A stretch of 60,057 nt of DNA, counting the filler. It is 6 parts of 6 records of this genome, joined end to end, with 100 filler letters (N's around TTAATTAATTAA, not from the genome) between each part and the next. Parts side by side here need not be neighbours in the genome. Positions count along the whole stretch, not along the records: positions 30,174 to 47,396 come from SRR31147125_12671; 5 more parts are not named here. One strand, given 5' to 3'. Shown here one piece after another: positions 30,175 through 40,063 of this stretch; position 1 is the stretch's first letter; each line of letters opens with the position of its first letter. The position numbers were made by a program, and so were the translations under genes. The notes beneath the pieces were generated by a model that worked only from the letters and a program-made list of their open reading frames with translations, was not told the DNA's origin and did not search any database.

Positions 30175-30513
30175 AAAGATTTAAAAGATTATGAAAATAT
30201 CTTTAAATCCATGAATAAACAAAAAGAATTTGAAGTGAATATAGATTTAATTAAGTCTTTGATTGGTACTAAAAACAAAATAGCTGAAGTAGAATCATAT
30301 CCTCTGATAAGAGTTAACAAGAATAATCCAGCTATTCAAAAACAAACTGAAGCTGCAAAGTTAATTGTGAAACTGAAAAAGATCGAATTAGAGCAAACAA
30401 AACTAATAAATAAAATATTAGGTATTAGTTTGGCATCAAATTCAAAATCAAAACCATCAAATACACCAATTAATTTTGTAGAAGATTTCAAAAATGAGTT
30501 TGGTATGACATGA
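30175..30513 (+). CDS. Probable terminase small subunit, 5'-truncated
   Basis: Frame open from the contig edge. NPAIQKQ motif and an ATGA overlap with terL. Confidence 0.7.
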   Translation, partial: KDLKDYENIFKSMNKQKEFEVNIDLIKSLIGTKNKIAEVESYPLIRVNKNNPAIQKQTEAAKLIVKLKKIELEQTKLINKILGISLASNSKSKPSNTPINFVEDFKNEFGMT

Positions 30514-32207
30514 TAAACAAAATTGATTTACAGAATAATACGATCAATGATAAGCATAGTTTCTTCTTAGAGTATTACAATAAAATATTTAATGAAGGTT
30601 GGATAGCAGGTCAAAAGATTCGTATTATATTAAATAAATTATTATACGATCTTGAAGAATGGGATTATGTTCAAGATCATGCTCATATGAGAATTAATTT
30701 TCAGGAAAGATATTGTAAACAATCTAAAAATCGGTTTTCAGGTAAACCAATAAAATTGATGAAATGGCAAAAAGCAGTCTATGAAGTTCTATATAGTTTT
30801 AAGTATCCTGGTTCTACGAGACGTCGATTTAATGAAGTGTTAATGGTGTTAGCTCGTAAAAATGGGAAGTCTACAATGGTTGCAGCTGATATTAACACTG
30901 ATTTATTTCTATCAAGTCAAGGTGATGATGTAGCATGTGCATCAAACAATGATGACCAAGCTGCTTTAGTCTTTGATGAAGTTAATAACATGCGTGAAAA
31001 AATGGATCCAATGGGTAGATACACACACAAAAATAGAAAAGGCATTTTTAATGTAAAAACAAAAGCTAAAGTATTTAAGATGTCAGCAAAGTCAAGTACA
31101 AAAGATGGGGCTAACCTGGTAAAAGCATGTATTGATGAAATCCATGAAATGAAAAATGACGATTTGTATTACACAGTTCAACAATCGATGTCGATTGCTG
31201 AAAATCCATTGATATGGGAAATCACTACTGAAGGTACAGTTTCAGATGGAAGACTAGATAAACGCATGAAGTATGCTGATCGTGTTTTAAATGGTGAAGT
31301 AGAAGATGAAAACTTTCTTCCTTGGATTTATCAACAAGATTCAGAAAATGAAATATTTATTGATCCAATGACTTGGTGGAAATCTAATCCATCATTAAAT
31401 GTTATTAAACAATATGCTTTTCTAGAAAAGAATGTGAATAAAGCAAAAGTTTCTAGAGAAGATAGAGCATTCATCTTATGTAAAGATTTTAATGTTAAGC
31501 AAAACAATGCATTGGCATGGTTACTTAGAGAAGAAGTCTTAAATAAAGAAACATTCTCATTGGAAGATTTTAGAGGAGCAACTTATATTGCTGGTGTGGA
31601 TCTATCAGAAACAACAGATTTATCAGCTCTTGCAATTATGTTTAAAAAGAATCATAAAACGTATTTTCACACAATGTATTTTATTCCTGAATCTAAAGCT
31701 CGCGGTGATAACAAAACAAATGCTGAGAAAAAGGATTATTATAGTTGGGCTAATAAAGGTTATGTCACTATTATTCCTGGTAACACTGTTAATTATGATT
31801 CAATTGTTAAATATTTATGGGGCTTATATGAAACATATGATTTAAAACCTTTCAAAATTGGATATGACCAATGGAACTCGAAAGGGTTTGTAAAAGAACT
31901 TAAAACTTACTTTGGAGACGAAGTAGATGAAAAAGTACAAATGAACTACTCAACATTAACAAATCCTATCAAAACATTAGGGTCAGAAATAAAAGACGGG
32001 AATGTTAATTACCAGGATAATCCAGTTTCTTTATGGAATTTATCAAATGTTTCAATTAAGAGTAATAGTTATGGTCAAATCATGCCAGTTAAAGTGCATG
32101 GATCATCTGATCGCATCGATGGAGCAATAGCAATGATTATATGTAAAGCAGTAGAACAAAGATTTAGTAGTGATTTTGAATATTACAATTTAGGTGGTGA
32201 TGAATAA
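30510..32207 (+). CDS. Terminase large subunit
   Basis: L..WQK, ARKNGKS, Walker B CIDEIHE, ITTEG, W.KSNPSL, GVDLS...DL, YDQWN and RIDGA. Confidence 0.96.
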   Translation: MINKIDLQNNTINDKHSFFLEYYNKIFNEGWIAGQKIRIILNKLLYDLEEWDYVQDHAHMRINFQERYCKQSKNRFSGKPIKLMKWQKAVYEVLYSFKYPGSTRRRFNEVLMVLARKNGKSTMVAADINTDLFLSSQGDDVACASNNDDQAALVFDEVNNMREKMDPMGRYTHKNRKGIFNVKTKAKVFKMSAKSSTKDGANLVKACIDEIHEMKNDDLYYTVQQSMSIAENPLIWEITTEGTVSDGRLDKRMKYADRVLNGEVEDENFLPWIYQQDSENEIFIDPMTWWKSNPSLNVIKQYAFLEKNVNKAKVSREDRAFILCKDFNVKQNNALAWLLREEVLNKETFSLEDFRGATYIAGVDLSETTDLSALAIMFKKNHKTYFHTMYFIPESKARGDNKTNAEKKDYYSWANKGYVTIIPGNTVNYDSIVKYLWGLYETYDLKPFKIGYDQWNSKGFVKELKTYFGDEVDEKVQMNYSTLTNPIKTLGSEIKDGNVNYQDNPVSLWNLSNVSIKSNSYGQIMPVKVHGSSDRIDGAIAMIICKAVEQRFSSDFEYYNLGGDE

Positions 32208-33409
32208 TGGGATTTATTGATACGTTAAGTAGATTCTTCAGCAAAAAAAATACAGGATTAAGTACGTACACGGGTGGTTATGTAGCATCATCACCAATGC
32301 AGACACTTTATCAATCTGATTATGTATTATCAGCTATTCATACGATTTGTGAAGAAGCATCAAAAATGGTTATACATTCTGTTAATAAAAGAAATGATGT
32401 AGTGACTAAAAATAAAGACTCAATCGACGAAGTGTTTAGACGTCGACCTAATCTATTAATGACAACAAAAGATATGTTGTATTGGACAGCATATCAGTTA
32501 GAGACAAGATCTAATGCTTATTGGTTACCAGTATTTAAAATCGTAACTTATGGTGATGGCTCACGAAAAAGAAAACTTACTTCGATTTATCCAATAAATT
32601 CAACTCAAGAAGAAATGATTTTTGAAAACAATCAATATTATCTTATTTTTCAAATGGAAAGTGGAAGTATTTATAAAGTTAAATATGATGAAATTATTCA
32701 TATTCGAAAGCATTATGGTGATTCATTCTATTTTGGTAGTCAGGATAGAAGTAGTTTATTAAAAAGATTAAATATTATTAAAGATATTGAAGAAGCATTA
32801 CCGAAAGCAGTTAGAGCATCAATAGAATTAAAAGGTGTTGTGACAGCGAAATCACAAATTCATCATGGGAATTTGGAAAAATTTAGAAATGAGTTTGAAG
32901 AATCAATGAATTCTAGTAAAAACGGTGTGGCGACTATTGGCTCTGATGGAGAATTTAAGCAATTAACTTCAAACCCTCAAGTGATCGATAAAGATTTAAT
33001 GTCTACATTGAAAGAATCAGTTAATGAAGTGTTCGGTGTCTCTTCAAGAATTATCAAAGGTGAAGGCACTGAAGATGATTGGAATGCTCTATATCAAAGA
33101 AACATCGAACCATTAAAAATTGCGATTGAACAAGCAGCAACCAGTGTTCTATTTACTGAATTTGAAATAGCCCATGGCAATGAAATAAAGATTTATGACA
33201 AGTTAGTTCAAAATCTACCTATGAAAACCAGATTAGAAATGATTAAGTTAATGGGGCCTTCGGGTTATTTATCTAGAGCTGAACAAAGAGAATTGCTCGG
33301 ATATGAGCCTGATGGTAAGGAAGATAGGGTATCACTTAATTATGTGAATGAAGGTAATTTAGATAAGTATCAGTTAACAAAGAAAAAATCATCTAAGGAG
33401 GATGAATAG
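32207..33409 (+). CDS. Phage portal protein (HK97 family)
   Basis: RPN..MT, NAY and EIIHIR. Lies directly after terL. Confidence 0.92.
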   Translation: MGFIDTLSRFFSKKNTGLSTYTGGYVASSPMQTLYQSDYVLSAIHTICEEASKMVIHSVNKRNDVVTKNKDSIDEVFRRRPNLLMTTKDMLYWTAYQLETRSNAYWLPVFKIVTYGDGSRKRKLTSIYPINSTQEEMIFENNQYYLIFQMESGSIYKVKYDEIIHIRKHYGDSFYFGSQDRSSLLKRLNIIKDIEEALPKAVRASIELKGVVTAKSQIHHGNLEKFRNEFEESMNSSKNGVATIGSDGEFKQLTSNPQVIDKDLMSTLKESVNEVFGVSSRIIKGEGTEDDWNALYQRNIEPLKIAIEQAATSVLFTEFEIAHGNEIKIYDKLVQNLPMKTRLEMIKLMGPSGYLSRAEQRELLGYEPDGKEDRVSLNYVNEGNLDKYQLTKKKSSKEDE

Positions 33410-34093
33410 ATGAGTGTAAAACAAATTGAAAACACTAATGAAAAAGTTAGTCGTATATATGAAGTTCGTGATCTAGTTTTTAATGATGAAGAAGAGGGAG
33501 TAGTTGAAGGCTATGCAGCAATTTTTGATGAACCAACAAATGTCGGAGGTTACTTTGAAGAAAGAATTAAGCCAGGAGCATTTACACCTGAATCATTAAA
33601 AGATGTTGCTTTTCTTGTTAATCATGATTTTAAAAAATTAGCATTAGCAAGAAGTAGAAATAACAATCCTGATTCTACATTATATTTAGAAGTTGATTCA
33701 AAAGGCTTAAAGTTTAGAACTAAGTTAGATATTGAAAACAACACAGATGCCAAAAATACATATTCAGCTTTAAAACGTGGAGATGTTGATGGTATGTCAT
33801 TCTCATTTGTGATTAAAAAGCAAGAATGGGATGATATTGATTCTGATTTACCTAAAAGAAATATTTTAGAGTTTAAGAAGGTCTTTGAGATTTCGCCAGT
33901 TAATTGGCCACAATATCAAGGAACTCAAGTATATGCTAGACAAAATAGTGAATCATTGGAGAATGATAAAACTGCACTGGAGAGTGTTAGGTCACAATTG
34001 CTGGGGAGCAAGAGAAATGAATTTGAACTAGCGAAAGAAAAAGCACTGTTCGAAATGCAGATTGAAAATAATAAAAAATTAGGAGGATTATAA
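33410..34093 (+). CDS. HK97-family prohead protease
   Basis: EGYAAIFD, ERIKPGAF, LVNHD, RGDVDGMSFSF and EISPV.WP.Y. Confidence 0.95.
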   Translation: MSVKQIENTNEKVSRIYEVRDLVFNDEEEGVVEGYAAIFDEPTNVGGYFEERIKPGAFTPESLKDVAFLVNHDFKKLALARSRNNNPDSTLYLEVDSKGLKFRTKLDIENNTDAKNTYSALKRGDVDGMSFSFVIKKQEWDDIDSDLPKRNILEFKKVFEISPVNWPQYQGTQVYARQNSESLENDKTALESVRSQLLGSKRNEFELAKEKALFEMQIENNKKLGGL

Positions 34094-34095
34094 AA

Positions 34096-35301
34096 ATGCT
34101 ATTAGAACAAATCAATCAAAAAGAAAAAAGAATGAATGAAATCGCTGTAGAGGTAAGAAGTCTTACAGCCGATGATAAAGATTCATTAGAAAAAATTAAG
34201 GAGCTCACTAAAGAGCATCGTGAATTATCAATAGAGGTTGCTGAATTAAGAGCAGCTTATAACATTACTGAAATTGATGTTACTGAAGAACCAACAGTCA
34301 TTCCTTTAAACGTAGCTGCTGGTGAAGCAAGAAGTGATGATCCGCTTGGAACGCTTGAATACAGAAAAGCATTCATGAAGTTTGTTCAAACTGGTGAAAA
34401 AGGTGAAGAATTAAGAGCTGATGCAACAACTAAAACTAGTGATGTTGCTGCTTTAATTCCTACAACTATCAGTAATCGTGTGATTGAAGAGTTAGACTCT
34501 TATGGTGGTATTTACAAGAGAATTACTAAAACAAATTATAAAGGTGGGGTTTCAGTACCAATTTCTACTGTTAAACCTACAGCGTCATGGGTAGCTGAAG
34601 GATCAACTTCAGAGAAGAAAAAATTGTCAGCATCAGCATCAGTTACATTTAATTATTACAAACTTCAAGTTAAAATCGCTCGTTCATTAGAATCAACAGT
34701 AACAACTGTAGATGCTTTTGAAAAATTAATTGCAAATGCAATTGTTAGAGCAATGATTGTTGCTATTGAAACAGCTGTTATTAGTGGTACTGGAACTGGA
34801 CAACCTACAGGACTACTTAATGACCCTCGTATTGTATCTGGTCAAAAACATGTGTTTACTGCAACAACTGATGCAACTTGGAAAAAATGGCATTCAGGTT
34901 TCTTAGCTAAAATTAAATCTGCATACAGAAATAGACCAGGTAATGTTATTTTAATGAATCAAGCAACATTTGATACTTATGTATCAGGTATGAGTGATGA
35001 AAATGGGCAACCAGTTGCAAGAGTAACATTTGGACTTGAAGGTAAGCCAGTTTATCGTTTCTTAAGTTATGATGTTGAAATAACTGATTTACTACCTTCA
35101 TATGATGATGCTTCAGCATCTGCAGTATTCATGATCTTTGGGGATTTATCTGAATGGTCATTAAATAGCAACTTACAAATGACACATAGAAAATACTTCG
35201 ATGAAGACACAGATGAATATGTTGACAAAGTTACAATGTTAGCTGATGGTAAAGTCTTAGATGCAGCTGGATTTGTTTTCTTAAAGAAACCAGCTGCATA
35301 A
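34096..35301 (+). CDS. Major capsid protein (HK97 fold with N-terminal delta domain)
   Basis: Coiled-coil N-terminus, ASWVAEG, GTGTGQPTG and FGDLS. Confidence 0.94.
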   Translation: MLLEQINQKEKRMNEIAVEVRSLTADDKDSLEKIKELTKEHRELSIEVAELRAAYNITEIDVTEEPTVIPLNVAAGEARSDDPLGTLEYRKAFMKFVQTGEKGEELRADATTKTSDVAALIPTTISNRVIEELDSYGGIYKRITKTNYKGGVSVPISTVKPTASWVAEGSTSEKKKLSASASVTFNYYKLQVKIARSLESTVTTVDAFEKLIANAIVRAMIVAIETAVISGTGTGQPTGLLNDPRIVSGQKHVFTATTDATWKKWHSGFLAKIKSAYRNRPGNVILMNQATFDTYVSGMSDENGQPVARVTFGLEGKPVYRFLSYDVEITDLLPSYDDASASAVFMIFGDLSEWSLNSNLQMTHRKYFDEDTDEYVDKVTMLADGKVLDAAGFVFLKKPAA

Positions 35302-35332
35302 GAATTGTTAATAAATAAATTGAGATAAAAGG

Positions 35333-35644
35333 GTGGTTAATATGGATGATATACAAACATTTATAAATAACAATAAAGAAAAAATAACAACAATGGTTGG
35401 TTTTGATTCACAATCTGAATCTGATGTCGCATATATTGAAATGTTTATGATGGCTGGTATCGAAGATATGCAAGAAGCTGGAGTAAGCAATCAAATAATT
35501 GTTAGTAAAAATCTTGCGTTGATTGCCCTTGTCCAATTTATTATGGATAGTATTCAGGAAACACCAGGAGAATATAAAACATCTTCTATGTATATACAAA
35601 ATGTCCTGAAATTGAAATATATGGTGACTGATGATGAAACATAA
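35333..35644 (+). CDS. Head-tail connector/adaptor
   Basis: Size and position after the MCP, with an AG..DM..AGV motif. Confidence 0.7.
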   Translation: MVNMDDIQTFINNNKEKITTMVGFDSQSESDVAYIEMFMMAGIEDMQEAGVSNQIIVSKNLALIALVQFIMDSIQETPGEYKTSSMYIQNVLKLKYMVTDDET

Positions 35645-35990
35645 TCAATTCATATATTTAATTAAAGCTGAAAATCTAAAAGATGATATCACAGGACGTT
35701 CAGTTTTAAGTTTAGTATCATACAAAAAAATAGTTGGCCAAGGTTCACCAGTTGGATCATATACTAACTGGAATGCTCAATCAGAAGACATACAATTAGA
35801 AACAACACTTCAAATAAAAGCAAGAGTATTTCATAATGAAAAATATTTATATACAAATCATTATGGAGAATATAAACTTTTTCAAATTGAAAATGTTGGT
35901 AAAGGCGAAAGACCTGATCTAATTAGACTCAATTGTTCTGAATCTAAAGAATACAAGTTGAAAGAAGCGATTGAAAATGAGTTATCCTGA
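35631..35990 (+). CDS. Head-closure protein
   Basis: Position, about 119 aa, beta-rich. Confidence 0.65.
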   Translation: MMKHNQFIYLIKAENLKDDITGRSVLSLVSYKKIVGQGSPVGSYTNWNAQSEDIQLETTLQIKARVFHNEKYLYTNHYGEYKLFQIENVGKGERPDLIRLNCSESKEYKLKEAIENELS

Positions 35991-36348
35991 CAATAAACTT
36001 TGGAATCTATTCAAAGAACTAAAAGATTATAATGAAAATCCAATCGATGTTTATATGGTTGAAATGACAGAACCTTATGATGATAGACCATCAACATATG
36101 TTGTTATTGATAACCAAGTTTATGATGAGCCTGTATTATTTGGCGATGGTTCTCAAATGTTTAGAGAGTCTAATTTTACAATCTATGTCAATGCAAGAGA
36201 TTATAATGATTTACTTGCGGCTAAAAAAGCAGTTGAAGAAGTATTGAAAAATAATGATGTGTATTATGAGTTTAACAAATCTCCTTACGATCAAGTATCT
36301 AAATATTATTCATACGTTTTTGAAGGGAAGATTAATTATGGCGGATAG
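35977..36348 (+). CDS. Tail terminator/completion protein
   Basis: P.TYVV...FTIYVNA...AKKAVEEVL pattern and position. Confidence 0.6.
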   Translation: MSYPDNKLWNLFKELKDYNENPIDVYMVEMTEPYDDRPSTYVVIDNQVYDEPVLFGDGSQMFRESNFTIYVNARDYNDLLAAKKAVEEVLKNNDVYYEFNKSPYDQVSKYYSYVFEGKINYGG

Positions 36349-36733
36349 TTATGACATTAGGAAAGAACTTGGACAAATATTTAAAGACTATAACAATAAA
36401 GTCTTGAATCCATTAATTATTAAGGGTTTAGACGCAAGTGAAAAAGTACTCATCAATAATTTAAGAGCTGGGAGTCCAGTCAGTGTCGATGGGGCCCAAC
36501 ATTTAAGAGATGCTTGGGAATCAAAACCTGGTTATAAATATGCTAGGTATATACATAACACAAAAATGGTAGCATACAATCAAAAAGATAAAGGTTCTAG
36601 ATTAGTACCTTTATCAACTATATTAGAGCACGCAGTTTCTAGTCCATATAAAGGATTTATCAGAAAAATAAGATTAAAATCAAGAACTGCTGTTCAGCAA
36701 GCGTTTATAAATAAAGTAAAAGGAGGACTGTAA
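36338..36733 (+). CDS. HK97 gp10-like neck protein
   Basis: Basic protein with SPV...HLRDAW, ILEH and FIRK. Confidence 0.65.
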   Translation: MADSYDIRKELGQIFKDYNNKVLNPLIIKGLDASEKVLINNLRAGSPVSVDGAQHLRDAWESKPGYKYARYIHNTKMVAYNQKDKGSRLVPLSTILEHAVSSPYKGFIRKIRLKSRTAVQQAFINKVKGGL

Positions 36734-37339
36734 ATGTCTAATCAAATTACGTTTGGTGTGAAAAATGTTAAATTTGCTGTTAAAGAAAATGGTTCATATG
36801 GTACACCAGTAGCTTTAGCAAAAGCTGAGGCAATATCATTAGAATCAACTTATGAATCAACACCTGTTTATGGTGATGGTGTAGTGATGGCTGAATTAAC
36901 TAAAGATCAAGGGATGACAGGTACATTAACAATTGTACAAGAAGCATTAGCATATGAAATAGCAATGAATCGTAAAGAAGAGTTAGCAACTGGATTGACA
37001 GCTGATGTATCACAGATTGATTCGATTGAACATGCGTTGTATTTTGAAGTCCATCAACAAAAAGATGGTGTTAGATCTGTTAAAAAAGTTTGGTTATTAA
37101 ATGTTACATCTGGAAAACCTGGTGAGTCTTATACACAAATTAAAGATAGTGTAGAAGTGACTAACTTTGATATTCCATTAACTATTAGAGGCGATCTTAA
37201 ACTTGCAGCTGATGGTTTATCAGTATTTACTGATGAAAATGGAAATCAAAAGTATGTAACTAAGATTTCTGCGACACCTGATTATTCAGGATATGACACT
37301 TTTGAAGACTCTGTGCCTGAACCAAAGGCAGCAGCGTAA
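36734..37339 (+). CDS. Major tail protein
   Basis: FGVKNVKFA...YGTPV...YGDG, typical of Firmicutes-type siphovirus tail tube proteins. AGGAGG RBS. Confidence 0.88.
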   Translation: MSNQITFGVKNVKFAVKENGSYGTPVALAKAEAISLESTYESTPVYGDGVVMAELTKDQGMTGTLTIVQEALAYEIAMNRKEELATGLTADVSQIDSIEHALYFEVHQQKDGVRSVKKVWLLNVTSGKPGESYTQIKDSVEVTNFDIPLTIRGDLKLAADGLSVFTDENGNQKYVTKISATPDYSGYDTFEDSVPEPKAAA

Positions 37340-37365
37340 GTTTTAAGAATCGGAAGGAGTAAAAT

Positions 37366-38037
37366 ATGGTTCAATTAAAATTACCAGTGCAAAAAGACGT
37401 TTTAAATGAAAAAAATGAATTAATTAAAGGTGAAGAAGAGATTACAGTTTATGTAGACACATCTTTTGCTTCACATATGCGATGGCAACAATACTTTCAA
37501 GAAGAATACAATAATGAGAATTTAGCGGTGCAAATTTCAAAAGCATCTCTTTGGTTAAAAAACGAAGATTTAGCGATGGCTCATCTTCTTGATTTATTTA
37601 AGATTATGTATTGTTTTATTAAGAGTAATGATCTACCTGATTTCAATACCTTTATATCAATGATGGATAATAAATCAGCACCGATTTTACTTGAAAAAAT
37701 GACAATTATATTAAATGAGGCAGGTAATTCTGCAACAAAAAAACTAAAAGCACGTGCTGATTATCTTATTAAACTTGTAAAATTGCTAGGGCAGTATAAA
37801 GAGTCAAAGGATCAGCACGTGCCATCAATATTAGATTGGGTTAGATCTGCAATTGATGCAGGTCTTGACTCAACTTTAATGAATCAACTCAATTTCACTG
37901 ATTTACAAGCCATGGTTATTGAGTATCGAATTAGAGAAAAAGAAGCTGAAATAGAGCGTTCAAATAAAGAAAAAGAACTAGATCAGGAAATAGTTTTAGA
38001 CAAGCAACTCCTGAAGACATTGATAGATTGTAGGTGA
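37366..38037 (+). CDS. Tail assembly chaperone (G and GT read as one fused frame)
   Basis: Lies between MTP and TMP. Internal A7-C-TAA site at 37737-37747. Confidence 0.75.
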   Translation: MVQLKLPVQKDVLNEKNELIKGEEEITVYVDTSFASHMRWQQYFQEEYNNENLAVQISKASLWLKNEDLAMAHLLDLFKIMYCFIKSNDLPDFNTFISMMDNKSAPILLEKMTIILNEAGNSATKKLKARADYLIKLVKLLGQYKESKDQHVPSILDWVRSAIDAGLDSTLMNQLNFTDLQAMVIEYRIREKEAEIERSNKEKELDQEIVLDKQLLKTLIDCR

Positions 38038-38041
38038 TCTT

Positions 38042-40048
38042 ATGGCTGGAATTAGTATTCCAATTACAGTTGATAAAACTGGATATGAAAAAGAAACTAG
38101 AGCATTAGTACGAGATTCCAAACAATTACAGAAACAATTGGAATTAGAGTTTAGTACTGAAAAGTTTAGTCAAGCACAAAAAGCAGCTCAAGATGCACTT
38201 AATAGAACTAATCAAAAAGCAAAATCATTGAAAGATGAAATGACTAAACTTGAAGATGCTGGTAAGACTGATACTGCTGGTTATCAAAAATTACAGCATC
38301 AACTTGTTAAAACTGAAACTGATGCTGCTGTGTTAAAACAAAGATTAAATGAAATCAATCAAATGAAGATTGATAATCTTGTATCAGGTTTTAAAAATGC
38401 TGGAGATGCAATTACAACTGCAGGTCAAGCATTAGTACCATTTAGTGCAGCTGCAGCTGCAGTAGTTGCATCACTTGGAGCTATTGCGTCATCTGCAGTT
38501 AGTGCTGGTGACGAAATAGGAACTACAGCTCAACAATTAAATCTTTCTACAGATGCTTTACAAAAATGGTTATATATTGCAGATCAAACAGACGTCGATG
38601 CGACTCAATTTGTAAATGCAGTAACTAAGATGCAAAGTGCATTGTCACATCTTGCATCAGGTGAAGCTGATGTTACAGCAACAGCCCTAGAAGAATTAGG
38701 GTTTTCTGCTGAACAAGCTGCATTAGGTATGGAAACAAACTTTGAACCAATTATTAATGCTTTGGCCAATGTCGAAGATGCAACAATGCAAGCCTATTAT
38801 GCGAATGAATTATTTGGTACCAGAATGGCTGCTAAAATCATTCCTTTACTAAATAATGGTGCTGAAGGTTTAAATGCACTATCAGAAGAATTTGAGTCAT
38901 TAGGATATTTATCAGAAGATACAGTCAATGACTTAGATGCTTTCGAAGATGTGATGGATAGAATTAAATATCAAATTAATTTAGTAAAAAATACAATTGG
39001 TGCATCTTTCCTTCCTTTGATGGAAGCAATGGCCAATTTTGTTGAAACTAAAGTTGTTCCAGCTTTACAAAAAGTTGCTGACTGGTTTGAAACATTAGAC
39101 GTCAATCAACAAAAGTTCTTAGCAGGTGCATTAGCATTTGCTGCAGCATTAGCGCCAGTATTATTAATTGCTGGAAAAATGACAAGTGGCATCGGATCAA
39201 TGATTAGTATGATTGCTAAATTAGGCGGTGCTATTTCAGGATTAAGTGCATCACTTGGGGTTATAGGTTTAATTGCAGGTGTATTTGCATTGTTATATAC
39301 GACAAATGAAGACTTTAGAGAAAGTATTAATAATCTAGTCGGTACGATTTTAAATAGTTTAAAACCGATTTTAGATACCCTTATGGATACATTAGGTGTG
39401 TTAATTAATGCATTTATGCCAATCATTAATATGCTAGCAACTTTATTAGTACCAATTATCGATGTTTTGACAGCTGCATTAGAACCAGTATTAACAATTA
39501 TTTCTAATTTAGCAAATATTGTTTTAACTGTGTTAGGAACAAGAATCCAAGCCATGACAAAAAGTTTTAAGTTTTTTGCAGATATGATAAATCAATATGT
39601 TGTACCTGTAATTACTTTTTTATCAAAAGTATATATGCAGTTTTACAATATGATTAATGATGGATTAGATTGGTTATTCGATAAGATTTTTAAAGGTGTT
39701 GAAGGTGTTGTTAGTTTTATTAATAGGATCATATCTAAACTAAATGTATTTGGGGATAAACTTGGTATTGATGCATTAAGTAATCTAAATGATATTGAAA
39801 TTAATGTTAAAGCTAAAGCATCAGGAAGTATTTCTCAAGAAACAGCATCTGCAGCAAATAAAGCTGTAACACAATCAACTGTAACTCAAGTATCAGAAGT
39901 AGCAACAATTGATAATAGTACACAACAAATCACAATAGAAGAAGGCGCATTTGTTGTAAACAATTATGCAAATGAATTAGATGCAGAAGCATTAGCCGAA
40001 GATTTCTATAAGCAAATAAATATTAGATTAGCAAAAGGTACAAATTAA
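38042..40048 (+). CDS. Tape measure protein (668 aa)
   Basis: Coiled-coil N-terminus, Ala/Gly-rich hydrophobic segments, amphipathic repeats and position. Confidence 0.9.
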   Translation: MAGISIPITVDKTGYEKETRALVRDSKQLQKQLELEFSTEKFSQAQKAAQDALNRTNQKAKSLKDEMTKLEDAGKTDTAGYQKLQHQLVKTETDAAVLKQRLNEINQMKIDNLVSGFKNAGDAITTAGQALVPFSAAAAAVVASLGAIASSAVSAGDEIGTTAQQLNLSTDALQKWLYIADQTDVDATQFVNAVTKMQSALSHLASGEADVTATALEELGFSAEQAALGMETNFEPIINALANVEDATMQAYYANELFGTRMAAKIIPLLNNGAEGLNALSEEFESLGYLSEDTVNDLDAFEDVMDRIKYQINLVKNTIGASFLPLMEAMANFVETKVVPALQKVADWFETLDVNQQKFLAGALAFAAALAPVLLIAGKMTSGIGSMISMIAKLGGAISGLSASLGVIGLIAGVFALLYTTNEDFRESINNLVGTILNSLKPILDTLMDTLGVLINAFMPIINMLATLLVPIIDVLTAALEPVLTIISNLANIVLTVLGTRIQAMTKSFKFFADMINQYVVPVITFLSKVYMQFYNMINDGLDWLFDKIFKGVEGVVSFINRIISKLNVFGDKLGIDALSNLNDIEINVKAKASGSISQETASAANKAVTQSTVTQVSEVATIDNSTQQITIEEGAFVVNNYANELDAEALAEDFYKQINIRLAKGTN

Positions 40049-40063
40049 AGGAGGATAAATCTT

